Source: Eledone cirrhosa | Lineage: Eukaryota | Assembly: GCA_964016885.1 (NCBI GenBank) | Contig: OZ024742.1 | Coordinates: 45,942,001-46,006,000 of the forward strand | Direction: 5' to 3' | DNA: 64,000 bases | Shown here: piece by piece, positions 1 through 12,330 of the stretch | How positions within the stretch are numbered: the first letter of the stretch is position 1 | Layout of the letters: each line of letters begins with the position of its first letter | Notes under the pieces: model-generated | Seen by the model: only the letters and a program-made list of their open reading frames with translations | What the model was told of the DNA's origin: nothing | Database searches by the model: none | Made by a program: the position numbers and the translations under genes

Positions 1-1893
1 CTCCGTGGCTACCGTCTATTTTTATCGCCCTGCACTTTTTTATACAGCTGTCGTCTTTCATGCGCATCACGTGACCGTACCAACATAGTCTTCTCTCATG
101 TAAATAACATCTGATCCCTCTTATTCCTAATTTCTCCCTTAGTTCGTTTATGCTTTGCCGTTCACGTATATTACTATTACACATCCAGTGGAGCATGCAA
201 GCTTCGTTTCTCTCCAGTCTGCGTATATCCTCTGCACACAATGCCCAGGTCTCACTGCCATGTAACATTGCTGTTCGTATGCAGGCATCATACAGCCTGC
301 CTTTCATTTTTAGAGAGAACCCTTTAGCGGCCAATAGTGGTATAAGCTCTCTGAACTTTTTCCATCCCGTTCTGACTCTAGCTACTGTACTTTTAGAGCA
401 CCTTCCACCACTGCTGATTTTGTCACCCAGGTAATGGAAGCTGTCCACTATTTCTATAGAACCCTCTGCGCAGTTGAAAGAGCTAGTATTTTGTGGGCAC
501 TTGCTGCTACTTATTGTACCAGAGCACCGGCCACATATAAAATCTATATTCTTAGTTAGCTTACCTGTGATCCCACTACATCTTTTATGCACCCATACTT
601 TGCATTTGGGACATAAGATAGAGTTTCTGCCTACTCCTTTCCTACACACTGAGCATGGCCATTTCCCAGATGGGACCGGTGCCCTATTTTCCTTCCTACA
701 AACTAGAACTTTAGTCTTAGACAAGTTAACTTTAAGGCCTTTTGATTCTAGGTCATGCTTCCATGTTTGGAATTTCTTCTCTAGTTCCGCCATTGATTCA
801 GCTATGAGCATTAGATCATCTGCGTATAGGAGTTCCCATGGGCAGCCGGTCTTGAACTCCTCTGTTATAGCCTGAAGGGCAATAATAAATAGTAGGGGGC
901 TAAGGACGGAGCCCTGATGAACACCAACTTTTACACTAAACTCTTCACTATATTTGTTGTTAATTCTAACCTTGCTGACTGTTTCTTTATACATGGCTTG
1001 TATAGCTCTCACAAGCCATTCATCAACACCTAGTTTTCTAAGGGCCCACCAGATAATCGAGCGGGGTACTCTGTCAAAGGCTTTCTCCAAGTTAACAAAG
1101 GCTAAGTATAGGGGTTTACTTTTAGCTAGGTACTTCTCCTGTAGTTGTCGTACAATGAAAAGAGCGTCTGTGGTACTTTTGCCTGACACAAAACCGAACT
1201 ACATTTCATCTAGATCAATTCTCTCTCTGATTAGTTGCGCTATTACTTTTTCTGTGACCTTCATGACCTGGTCAATTAATTTAATGCCTCTATAGTTTCC
1301 CCTATCTAGGGCATCACCTTTACCCTTGTAGCAGTTAATGATAATGCTGCTGCGCCAGTCCTTCGGAACGACCCCATTCTGTATGACTTGGTTTACTGTC
1401 CGAGTGACCATAGTGTGTCCCACCATTTAAGATGCTTTCAGCATTTCAGCAACTATTTCCGAAGGCCCGGCCGCCTTGCCCGTCTTCATGTCTTTGATTG
1501 CCTTACTTATTATACTACCTTCAACTTGCACTGCTGGTCCCTCTATTGGGTCGATGTGGGGGAGACTGTCTTTCTCCCAATTATTCTCCTCATTTAGTAG
1601 CATTTCCAAGCTTTCTTCTTATCAGCGTCAGTGATTGCAAGTACACCATCATCATTAAGGACACACTTCTCCCCGACAATATCACTGTTTTCCTTGACAC
1701 ATTGCCTAGCAATCCTGTACACCTCACGTTTTTGGTCCTCGCGTTGTATAACATGCTTGAACTTTCTTTCCTCTACTTCCCTTCTTGCAAAGTACACTTG
1801 TCTCCTAGCTTCCCTCCTGGCCACTTGATAGTCTTCTCTACTTCCCCTATCCCGCCATACTTTCCAAGCCTGCTTTTTGGCCTTAATTGACTC
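1..1893 (-). mobile_element. RTE-clade LINE, 5'-truncated and disrupted, runs off the window start (RT region plus C-terminal part)
   Basis: Minus-strand translation gives KGKGDALDRGNYRGIKL, HQGSVLSPLLF, ELLYADDL and a Cys/His cluster; frameshifts and stops; same subfamily as 29063-31275. Confidence 0.95.
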
Positions 1894-1899
1894 CTCCTC

Positions 1900-2185
1900 T
1901 TAATTGAATCGGCCGGGTTAAACGTTTTCAGTGCACCCGGCCGATTAACCCACTCGATATGCGAATTGGGCTGCTCAGCCGTTAGTGTGCATAAGGTAAG
2001 TATATACGTTCAACAATCTGGAATGTATACATTACTGACGATAGCTAATAAGCTTGAAACTAGTACAGCGTTCCTTTGTCAGTGTTGAACAAACGAGCAA
2101 CGATGGTTGCTAGACACTACGGCTTAATACGGGATGTTTGTTTACAAACACACCGAGCATTATAATAAATGTTCGGTGAATCCAT
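1900..2185 (+). mobile_element. Small non-coding element beside a (TA)n tract with a minimal type I hammerhead-like core (Penelope pseudo-LTR-like)
   Basis: 12-bp hairpin AATCGGCCGGGT/ACCCGGCCGATT (1907-1946); CTGACGA-tagctaataagctt-GAAAC-TA-GTA at 2035-2065. Confidence 0.55.
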
Positions 2186-2334
2186 ACGTACATATATATG
2201 TGTGTGCGTGTATGTATATATATATATACATACTACTGTACGTCTGTATACATATATGTATGTACGTGTACATACTTATATTTAAGTAACAGCCGTACTA
2301 AGAGTGGGAAATGAAATTTCGTTTCATTTTTTCC

Positions 2335-2374
<40 letters not shown>

Positions 2375-2782
2375 CCCTTTCTAGCAGTCTCTCTCTCTCT
2401 GTTAGCCTCTTCCTCACCTTTCACTCACTCACTCTCTGTCACTACCTCTCCTCCTCCCCTTTCTTCCCGTTTGACCTGTCCGTAATCCTTTTCTCGCGGG
2501 CACTTGACCAAGCCGGTATGAATTTTTTTTCTCTCTCTCTCATCTGCGACTTCACAGAACTTATGTTTACCGAATTCGCAGACCAGACCCCTTCTTCCTC
2601 CCATTATACCTGTTGGAAATTCCTTCCTTGCTCACATTTCAACCAGGTTTGATGGTCTTTATTCTCTCGTTCACGATTCCACCGAATTTATATTCATAGA
2701 AATCTGGGACTTGTTTCTTCTTCATCACTTTCTGCTGCTTAAACCATTTTGTCTGTTTACCCTAGCGTCCCCTTTATTTACG

Positions 2783-2885
2783 TGTCCCAACGACTTTTTT
2801 TAGCCGTTGCTCGCACCAACCTGAGGTATATGGCCTTTAATGTGACGAAATGCCTACGACGGTTGGAAGGCCACTGATGAGGACA
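2783..2885 (+). ncRNA. Candidate non-circularly permuted hammerhead ribozyme, copy 1
   Basis: GGTATA|TGGCCTT (2825-2837) ... C-GAAA-TGCC (2846-2854) ... AAGGCCA-CTGATGA-G (2867-2881); stems covary with copy 2. Confidence 0.7.
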
Positions 2886-3010
2886 AACTTTTTCATATGT
2901 AACCCATTTGCAGCGCCGCAGCTCCATTATTATCATATATATATATATATATGTGAAAAATATGGGGAGAAGAATACTGCATGGTTGCACATGGATAACA
3001 TGTTATAAAA

Positions 3011-3115
3011 TGAGTCCCTCATCAGTGATTTGCCAACGATCATTGGTATTTCATTGCATTAAAAATCATATACCTCACGTTGGTGCAATAATAACTAAAA
3101 TAAGTTATTAGGACA
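3011..3115 (-). ncRNA. Candidate non-circularly permuted hammerhead ribozyme, copy 2 (diverged)
   Basis: Minus strand reads GGTATA|TGATTT ... T-GAAA-TACC ... AAATCA-CTGATGA-G; aligns to the copy 1 core without gaps. Confidence 0.65.
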
Positions 3116-3298
3116 ATTGAAACGCGTAAAGCGAGTGAGACAAGTAAACAACACAGGGGAAAGCTAACCGAAGATAGAAAGAAACACAAGCTACATGGTT
3201 ATTCTATCAGTATAAGCTGGGTGAATATATGAGCGAGTAAGAAATAGACCTTCCGCTAGTGAATCCGATGTAAGAAAGAAGGAAAAATATATATATAT

Positions 3299-3580
3299 AA
3301 GGTTGTGAGTTCAATTCTCAGACCGGGTGATGTGTTGTTTCCTTGAGCAAGACACTTTATTTCACATTGCTCCAGTTTACTCAGCTGTAGGGACTGGGGT
3401 CCATATCATTCCACTGCAAAGTGGTCGTAGAGGTGCCACGGCAAAATAAGCACCCAGCACTCACTGTAAATGAGATTGGTGTTAGGAAGGGCATCCAGCT
3501 GTAGAAATCAAGCCAGAATCAGTTCCCCTCCCACCCTTGCAAGCAGGGAAAAGCGGACGTAAAATGAAATGATGATGAAT
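3299..3580 (+). mobile_element. tRNA-derived CORE-type SINE (5'-truncated) with RTE-like 3' tail
   Basis: B-box GTTCAATTC, CCTTGAGCAAGACACTT central motif, 3' end shared with local RTE copies and ending in GAT repeats. Confidence 0.75.
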
Positions 3581-3654
3581 GATGATATATATATATATAT
3601 TTATATATATCTACATACAAACAAATATATATATATATATATATAATGTGTGTA

Positions 3655-3701
<47 letters not shown>

Positions 3702-3719
3702 GTATATGCATGTAAATGT

Positions 3720-5043
3720 GTCATCGTCCATTTTTCTATGCTTGCATAGGTTGGACGGGTCCTTCTCAGCACGGCATCTTTCCATTCGTCGCTTTCTTTT
3801 GTCATCTCTATGAATCACAGCAATTTAAGTTCTTCCCAAGTCTTACTTGGTCATCCTGTACTGCAGCTCCTTTCTACTGACATTTTCTGGCGGTCATTGT
3901 CCTAGCGGTCATTGTCCATGCACATGAAATGTCCACACCAATGCAGTATTCTCTCCAGCACACTACCTCAAATTCCTCTTAAACCCAGCTTGTCCCTCAG
4001 CTCATCCAAGCTCTGCCTTTCTCTCACACTTACATTGCATATCCAATGAAGCATGATTACTTCATTTCTCTCCAGTCTACGCGCGCCCTCCACAGTCACA
4101 GCCCATGTTTCACTACCATGCAGCATCGCACTTCACACAAAGGCATCATACAATCATCCTTTTGTACGTAGGAAGGAACCTTTTGTGGTCCACAGTGGTC
4201 CTTATTCTAGCTATTATACTCTCAGAACTCCCTCCTCTGCTGCTAATTAAGTCATATAGATAGCAGAAGCTATCAACCACTTCTAGGCACCCTTTCTGAG
4301 ACTGGAAAAGGTTTATATCATAGGCACTCTTCCTCTTGATTACCCTTGTGCATCTTCTACATACAAAGTCCTCCCTTCCTGTTAGTCTACTCGTTATCCC
4401 ACTACATCTCTTATGTACCCAAGATTTACATGTAGTTTATGCCTACTCCTTTTCTACATATTGAACAGGGCCACTTCCCTGAAGGAATCAGGGTCCGATC
4501 TTCTTTCCTGGTCACTAGCACTTTAGTTTAGGTTAAGATTACTCTCAGACATTTTGATTACAAATTCTGTTTCTATAATTGGAACTTATTTCCACGTAAG
4601 GACCAAATCATCTGCATAGAGAAGTTCCCATGGACAGTCTATTTTAAGCTCCTCTGTTAAGGCCTGTAGAACTATGAATGACAGCAGTGGGCTAAGAACT
4701 GAACCTTGATGAACTCCTACCTGTACTTTGAATTCCTTACTAAACTCACTTCCTACTCTCACTTTACTGACAGCTCCTCTTGTATTGCTCTCACAAGTCA
4801 TTCTTCTATACCTAATTCCTTAAGGACCACCAGATAACAGATTGAGGTACTCTGTCAAAGGCCTTCTCTAGATCAACAAAAGCTAAATATAGCAGTTTAT
4901 TTTTGGCTAGGAACTTCTCTTGAAGTTGCCTCTCAAAGAAGAGTGCATCTGTAGTACTTTTCCCAGGAATGAAACTAAACTGCATCTCATCTATTTTGAC
5001 TCTTTCTCTAATTAGCTGTGTTATAACTCTGTCTGTCACTTTC
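3720..5043 (-). mobile_element. Decayed RTE-clade LINE, 3' half
   Basis: LAFVDLEKAFDRVP, VHQGSVLSPLL, WELLYADDL on the minus strand; many lesions. Confidence 0.9.
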
Positions 5044-5094
5044 AATATACATGCATGTGTGTGTATGTATATATTAAGAAAAACGATAAAATTT

Positions 5095-5265
5095 CATTTA
5101 CCTGTAGTTAGTTTTTTATTTGGTAACGACCTGTTATGCACGTTTCACAGAGGATTGGCTCAGAGTGACCCATAGAATTTATGGACCCAACTCCATCATT
5201 GATCTAAATGAAACTTCATTGTGCTCATTTTAGTATCATCACCAGTAATTCACTGAATCACATAC
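5095..5265. repeat. Small dispersed element in a (TA)n context, homologous to 57723-58053
   Basis: Shared GACCTGTTATG...GATTGGCTCA and CACCAGTAATTCACTGAATCAC blocks. Confidence 0.6.
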
Positions 5266-5269
5266 ACTA

Positions 5270-5304
<35 letters not shown>

Positions 5305-5941
5305 CTGTCATTACCACTACAACAGCTACAGAGAGAGAGGGGAGGAAGAAGGGCTACCAACCGTTTTCATTACTTCGTATACTGACCAACACTTCTGCCA
5401 AAATTCTTGGGGTGATATAGGGGCCGGCCGGTGAAGAAACAACACCACGCATACTGCTAGCCCCCTGTATCATGAAAAGAAAATCTTTTGGGGGGGAAAT
5501 TATTGGGTTTTTCCAAATTTAAAGGTTTATAAGGAACTTTCAATGTTTATTTTAGGTTTTGCTGTCTGAAAAGCTCAGGCTATCTTAACTGATAGTCCTC
5601 AGTGAAATATGTATAACAGAGTTTTAAATAAACCTGAATCAACTGATTCCTCCGATCTTTTATTAATATATATCACAATTGTTTTTATGTTGAGTTTTTG
5701 ATGCTGGCATGGGTTGGATAGGACATTTTAAGGCAATGTATTATAACAGAATGTCCTTCCTGATACCAATACTTATAGACACTTCTTACAACATGCAGGG
5801 ATATGGTGTACCCATACATATATACATACATACATCCATACATACATATATACATACATACATGTATACATACATATTAACATACATACATGCATACATA
5901 CATATATACAAACATACATACATACATATATATATATATAT

Positions 5942-8900
5942 CTCATCATCATCACCGTTTTGTGTCCATTCTTCCATGTTAGCATGGGTTAGACGGGTTG
6001 TCCTGTTGAGGGCAGTGCCCGGTCGGCTGACCTTTTCTTGCTCATATGGAAATTGATTCTGGCTTGATTTCTACAGCTGGTTGCCCTTCCTAACACCAAC
6101 CTCATTTACAGTGTGTGCTGGGTGCTTTTTTTCCGTGGCGCCTACACGTCCACTTTACAGTGTGGGCTGGGTGCTTATTTACCACGGCACCTCCACGACC
6201 ACTTTGCAGTGGGAGGGGGTGGGAGCATATTGTCTATATGCTTCAGCTTCGGCTTGTACCCATGGGAGGTCGGGTCTTCTGTATTACTGCGTGACACCAG
6301 AAGTCACGGTCATGTGTCATCACCTTTGAGAGGTGCAATTGGGTAAGGTCGGCTTTTATCTCCTCATCACAGGTCTTCTTGGGTCTCCCCACTCTGCGGC
6401 TTCTAGTGCTCTGCACCTTTTTATGCAGCTGTCATCCTTCATAAGCATCACATGTCCATACCAATGCAACCGCCTCTCCTGCACACAGCATTTGATTCCT
6501 CTTATGCTCAGTCTCTCTCTCAATTCGTTTATGCTTTGCCGTTCGCGTATATTACTATTACACATCCATCAGAGGATGCAGGCTGCATTTCTTTCTAATC
6601 CACACAAGTCTTCTACAGACAGCGCCCAGGTCGCACTATCATGTAACATTGCTGTTCGTATATACACATCATACAGTCTGCCTTTCATTTTGAGAGAAAA
6701 GCCTTTTGCAGTTAGCAGTGGCAGTAGCTCCCTGAACTTCTTCCATCCCATTCTTACTCTAGTTATTGTACTTTCTGAACACCCACCTTCGCTGCTAATT
6801 TGGTCATCTAGGTAGCAGAAGCTGTCTTCTGTTTCTACAGAGCCCTCCCAGAGTTTGGTGGTGCTTGTTTCCTGTGACTGTTGGCTGCTTGCTGTCCCAG
6901 CACAGCTGCTACACGTGAAGCCTACATTCTTAGATAAGTTTCCTGAGATTTTTTTAGCTAGGTACATCCCTTGTGTACCCATTGTTTGCATTTGGGGCAG
7001 AAGATGGAGTTCCTACCTACATACTGAACAAGGCCATTTCTCTGAGGGGATCTGGGTTCTGTTTTCTCATCTACTTACAAGGACCTTAGTCTTTGTCAGG
7101 TTGACTTTGAGACCCTTTCTTTCTAGTCCTAGCTTCCATGTTTGGAATTTGTTCTCTAATTCTACCATAGATTCAGCTATGAGTGCGAGGTCATTTGCAT
7201 ACAGGAGTTCCCATGGGCATCCGGTCTTAAACTCCTCCGTTGTTACCTGCAAAACTATGATGAACAGGAGAAGGCTAAGAACAGAGCCCTGGTGGACACC
7301 GACCTGTATGCTAAATCCCTCGCTATAGTCATTGCTAATCCTAACTTTGCTGACTGCTCTCCTATACATGGCTTGTACAACTTTCACAAGCCATTCATCT
7401 ACTCCTAGTTTTCTAAGAGCCCACCAGATTATAGCATGGGGGACTCTGTCAAAGGCTTTCTCCAGATCAACGAATGCCAAGTAGAGCGGCTTACTTTTAG
7501 CTAGGTACATTTCCTGTAACTGCCTCACAAGGAAGAGGGCATCAGTGGTGCCTTTTCCAAGCACAAATCCAAATTGCATCTCATCTAGTTTCACATGGTC
7601 CCTAATCAACTGTGCTATAACTCTTTCTGTTACTTTCATGACCTGGTCCATCAGCTTTATACCTCTATAGTTACCTCTATCTAGTGCATCACCTTTACCC
7701 TTGTAGCAGTTGACAATGATGCGACTGCACCAATCCTTTGGTATGACACCCTCTAGTATTACCTGGTTAACAATATGTGTGGTTATGGTATGACCTACAG
7801 ATCCAGATGCCTTCAGCATCTCGGCAGCTATACCTGATGGACCGGTTGCCTTTCCTGTCTTCATATCTTTGATTGCCTTACTTACTACACTGCTGCTGAC
7901 TCGTACTGCTGGCCCCTCTATAGGGTCTAATTGGGGTAGGGTTTCTTTTTCCCATGCATTCTCCTCATTTAGTAATCTTTCATAATGGCTCTTCCACGCA
8001 TCTTTCTTCTCAGCACTTGTGAGGGCAAGCTCGCCTTTATTATTCTGGATACACTTCTCTCCAATGACATCACGATTCTCTCTGACACACTGCCTCGCAA
8101 TCTAGAACACCTCCTGTTTCTGGCCCTCACGTTGCAAAACATACTTGAATTTTCTATCCTCCGCTTCCCTTCTAGCTAAGTATACTTGTCGCCTAGCTTC
8201 CCTCCTGGTCTCTATGTAATGTACCCTGCTTCCCCCGTTCTTCCATTCTTTCCATGCCTGTCTCTTAGCCTTAACTGCCTCATCGACCTTATTGTTCCAC
8301 CACCAAGTCACTCTCCTCCTGCCTGTTGTCTTGCTCCAACCACAGATCTCGTCCATCACCTTTAGTAAGTTATTTTTTAGGAACTCCCAGTGCTCTTCTA
8401 CATTGAATGTTTCTATCTGTTCTTCTTTACTGTGATAGGCGTCGAGTAAAATATCTTTAAATCTGTTGCTGGCTGAGGGGTCTTTCAGCTTCCAGATCTT
8501 TCTTCTCCAGGTTGCCTTCTGTTTCCAAGTTCGTCTAGTTTCTGACAGTGAGGCCGCTGACAACTAAGTTATGTTGGGAGGTACATTCCTCACTAGGGAA
8601 GGCTTTTGTGTTTACGGCTGTCCATCTATCACGTCCTCTGATGAGGATAAAATCTATCTGACTAGAATGCTCCCCTGATCTATAGGTGATCAGATGGTTG
8701 TCGGGTTTTTTGAAGTTTGTGTTACATATCGCCATGTCATTGGCGTCGCAGAATTCTAGAAGCCTGAAGCCTTCTTCATTTCTTGTGTCAAACCCGTGGC
8801 CTCCATGGACTCTATAGAAGCCATCACGGTGTTTAACTATGTGTCCGTTAAAATTTCCTGCCATGATTAGGAAGTCATTGTCGTTTGTTAGGGCAGTAGT

Positions 8901-9300
8901 GTGCATTAGGGACTCGTAAAACCTATCGTCTGGCAACCCCAATTGTGGTGCATAAGCTGATATTATTGTGGCAATTGTTTTTTTCAGGACTAGTCTGAGT
9001 TTAATGATTCTTGCATTCACCCTGATCACTGAGATTACCTTATCTACCCATTTGTCAGCTAATAGTATACCTACACCACCCATCCCATTGTCCTTTCCCA
9101 CCCAGAAAAATTTGTAGCACTGACTTTTGTCTACAAGGATTCTAGTAGACTCTCCTCTCCATCTAGTCAAGCAGAGTCTCCTCTCCATCTAGTCTCTTGC
9201 ACACAACATACATCAATTTCCTTTCACTCTAGCATCTCTACGATTTCTCCTGCTCTTCCTTTCATTGTGCTTACATTGATTGTTCCAACTTGGAGTTTTG
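5942..9300 (-). mobile_element. Near full-length RTE-clade LINE (APE endonuclease + RT + PHD-like finger), inactivated
   Basis: APE motifs (VGTINV, GVGILL, ISAYAPQ, AGNFNGH, SQIDFIL), RT ORF 7067-7864, 3' UTR ending in (GAT)n; frameshifts. Confidence 0.95.
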
Positions 9301-9550
9301 GGCATTTGCCAACATTCGTGAGAAAGGGTAAATTTTTGCGGGTGTGTGTGTATGCTTCTTGTCTCTGAATTAAAGCTTTGCATGGTAACTCATGGATTCA
9401 TATTCATTTATTAATTCGAGGCTGCTCCACTTATCTTCAGCTCATCCATACATAACGGTAAAAGAATTCAGGGCTGGAAATGTCTGGATGTCTGGAATAT
9501 GGCTTAGGAGTTCTAGTAATCCCTTTTAGTCTTTCAGAATTCGTGAAATA

Positions 9551-12330
9551 TCATCATCTTCATCATCATTTTACGTCCGTTTTTCCCTGCTTGCAAGGGT
9601 GGGACGGGTCCTATTCAGTACAGCATCTCTCCACTTGTCATGGTCCTTCGTCATCTCCACCGTGAGCTTCAGCGATCTGAGGTCTGCTCTCACCACCTCC
9701 GCCCATGTTTTTCGTGGTCTTCCTCTACACCGTCTTCTTTCAACTGGCATTTCTTGGCACTTCTTCACCCGTCGGTCATCCTCCATGCACATCGCATGTC
9801 TATACCATTGCAGTCTCCTCTCCCATACACTACAATTTATCCCTCTCAGACAAAGTTTCTCTCTCAACACATCCATGCTCGGTTGTTCATGCACATTGAC
9901 CTTGCACATCCAATGGAGCATGCTTTCCTCATTTCTCTCCAGCCGTCACATATCCTCTGCAGTTACTGCCAATGTCTCACTACCATGCAGCATCACGCTC
10001 CTCACACAGGCATCATATAACCAGCCTCTCATATGCAGGGAGAAACCCTTCTTCCAGAGGAAGCAGCTCCCTAAACTTCTTCCAACCCATCCTTATTCTG
10101 GATACTATGGCCTCGGACCCCCTCCCCCCTCCCATGCTAATCTGATAACCTAGGTACCGGAAGCTATCAACCCCTTCTATAGCATCCACCTGCATTTGAA
10201 AAATGTGTCTATCAATGCGACTTCTACTGTCAAATTTCCCTTTACATCTACGGCATACGTATTTATCCCTACCTGTTAGTTTGCCTGCTATCCCACTACA
10301 TCTCTTGTGTACCCAAGATCAGCATTGTGTACATTTTATAGAATTTATGCCAGTTCCTTTTCTGCATATCAAACATAGCCATTTCCCTGATGGAATCAGA
10401 GTTTTGTCCTCTTTTCTACTCATCAAGCTAAGTATAGTGGCTTATTCTTCTCTAAGAACTTCTATTGTAGTTGTCTCACTAAGAAGAGGGCATCTGTTGT
10501 ACTTTTACCAGGCATAAAACCAAACTGCATCTCATCTAGTTTGACCCTTTCTCTAATTAGTTGCGCTAATATCCTTTCTGCCACTTTCATAACCTGATCC
10601 ATCAGTTTTATGCCCCTATAATTGCTCCTCTCCAGAGCATCCCCTTTACCTTTGTAGCAATTTATGAGAATACTGCTGCACCAGTCTTTGGGTATGACAT
10701 CACCATATATAGCCTGATTGATGATGCGTGCAACCAGTTTGCTGCCTACGTCCCCTGATGCCTTCAGCATCTCAGCAACTATCTCTGATGGTCCAGTAGC
10801 CTTACTCTTTTTCATTTCCTTAATCGCCTCTTGGACCCTATATTCATCAATCTCAATAGCTGGTCCTTCTGTCGGATCTACTGAGGGTAATTTCTCTCTC
10901 TCCCATTCGTTCTCCACATTCATCAGTCTCTCATAATGACATTTTCAGGCCTCCTTTTTCTGATCATTCGTTACACTAAGTACACCGGCATCATTCCAGA
11001 CACATTTATCTGATTTGCACTGACACACTGCCTTGCAATGTGGAACACCACACGTCTCTGATCTTCCCGTCGCAGAACATTGGCAAACCTCCTACTCTCA
11101 GCCTCCCTGCATGCTAAATACACCTGACGTCTAGCTTCTGTCTTAGCAGCTGTATATCCTTCTCTACTCCCACCATTTTTCCAAGCATTCCATGCTAGTC
11201 TTTTGTCTCTAATGGCCCTATCTACTGTGCTGTTCCACCACCAGGTCACTCTCTGTCTAGATGGAGCTCTGCTCCAGCTACAAGTTTCTTCAGTAGCCTG
11301 CAGTAAGTTGTCACGTGAGAAATTCCAGTTATCATCTATGTCATACGACTCTAAATCGTCTTCTTTTCCGTCATACACATCTTGAAGGGCTTTCCTTAAT
11401 TTATATTTCAGTGAAAGGTCTTTTAGCTTCCAGACCTTTCTTCTCCACACCTTCCTGTATCTCATTCCATCTCTTGCTTACTGAGATATCACTAACAACT
11501 AACCTATGCTGTGGGGTACATTCTTCCCCAGAGTATGCCTTGGTATTTGACACCATTTGCCTGTCTCGCTGCCTAACTAGCAAGAAGTCAATCTGGCTTA
11601 TGTGCTCGCCTGATTTGTAGGTTATTAGGTGGTTGGCAGGTTTCTGGAAGTTAGTGATGCAAATGATTAGTACACTTGCATCACAAAATTCAAGAAGTCT
11701 CACTCCTTCTTCATTTCTTGAGCCGTAACCGTGCCTACCATGTACCCCAATGTAACCATCCTGGAGCTGTCCAACATGACCATTGAAGTCTCCTGCTAGC
11801 ATAACAATGTCTCCGTCCTCTGTCATTGCGGCTGTTTGTAAAAGTTGCTCATAAAAGCAGTCTTTCTCTTCTTTACCTAGGCCTGCCTGGGGAGCATAGG
11901 CAGAGATGATTGGTAGTAGTCTCTTGCCTACAACTAATCTAAGATTAATTATTCTATTACTGACTCTAACTACCTCTATTGTCTTATCGATCCATCTCTC
12001 GGCCAGTAAAATGCCTACCCCACTAACCCATCATCATTACCGACCCAGAAAAGCTTATAACTAAGATGTTTGCCTGTGATTAGTCTTGCAGAGGCACCTC
12101 TCCATCTCACTTCTTTTATGCCACACACATCCACATGCCTTTTCTCCAGCATCTCTACTATCTCACCAGATCTACCTGTTAGAGTGCCAAAATTAAGTGT
12201 TGCAACTAAGATGCGACATCTTCATATTCTTGTTCTTTTTCCTGTTGTGCGATTGCTTGACGACTGTCGGGGGGGGGGGGGGGGTTCTCGCATATGGCCG
12301 CACCAGCCACCCCCACTACCGTACGCAGCC
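9551..12330 (-). mobile_element. Second-subfamily RTE LINE, near full length, with the RT core internally deleted
   Basis: APE motifs (AGDFNGHVG, SQIDFLL), NYRGIKL/QFGF then a jump to the C-terminal finger region; (GAT)n tail. Confidence 0.9.

Noticed and set aside
150-1890. Plus-strand ORFs over RTE copies (and equivalents at 6333-7328, 9599-10153 and minus-strand 29879-30820)
   Set aside because: Antisense shadows of LINE coding sequence
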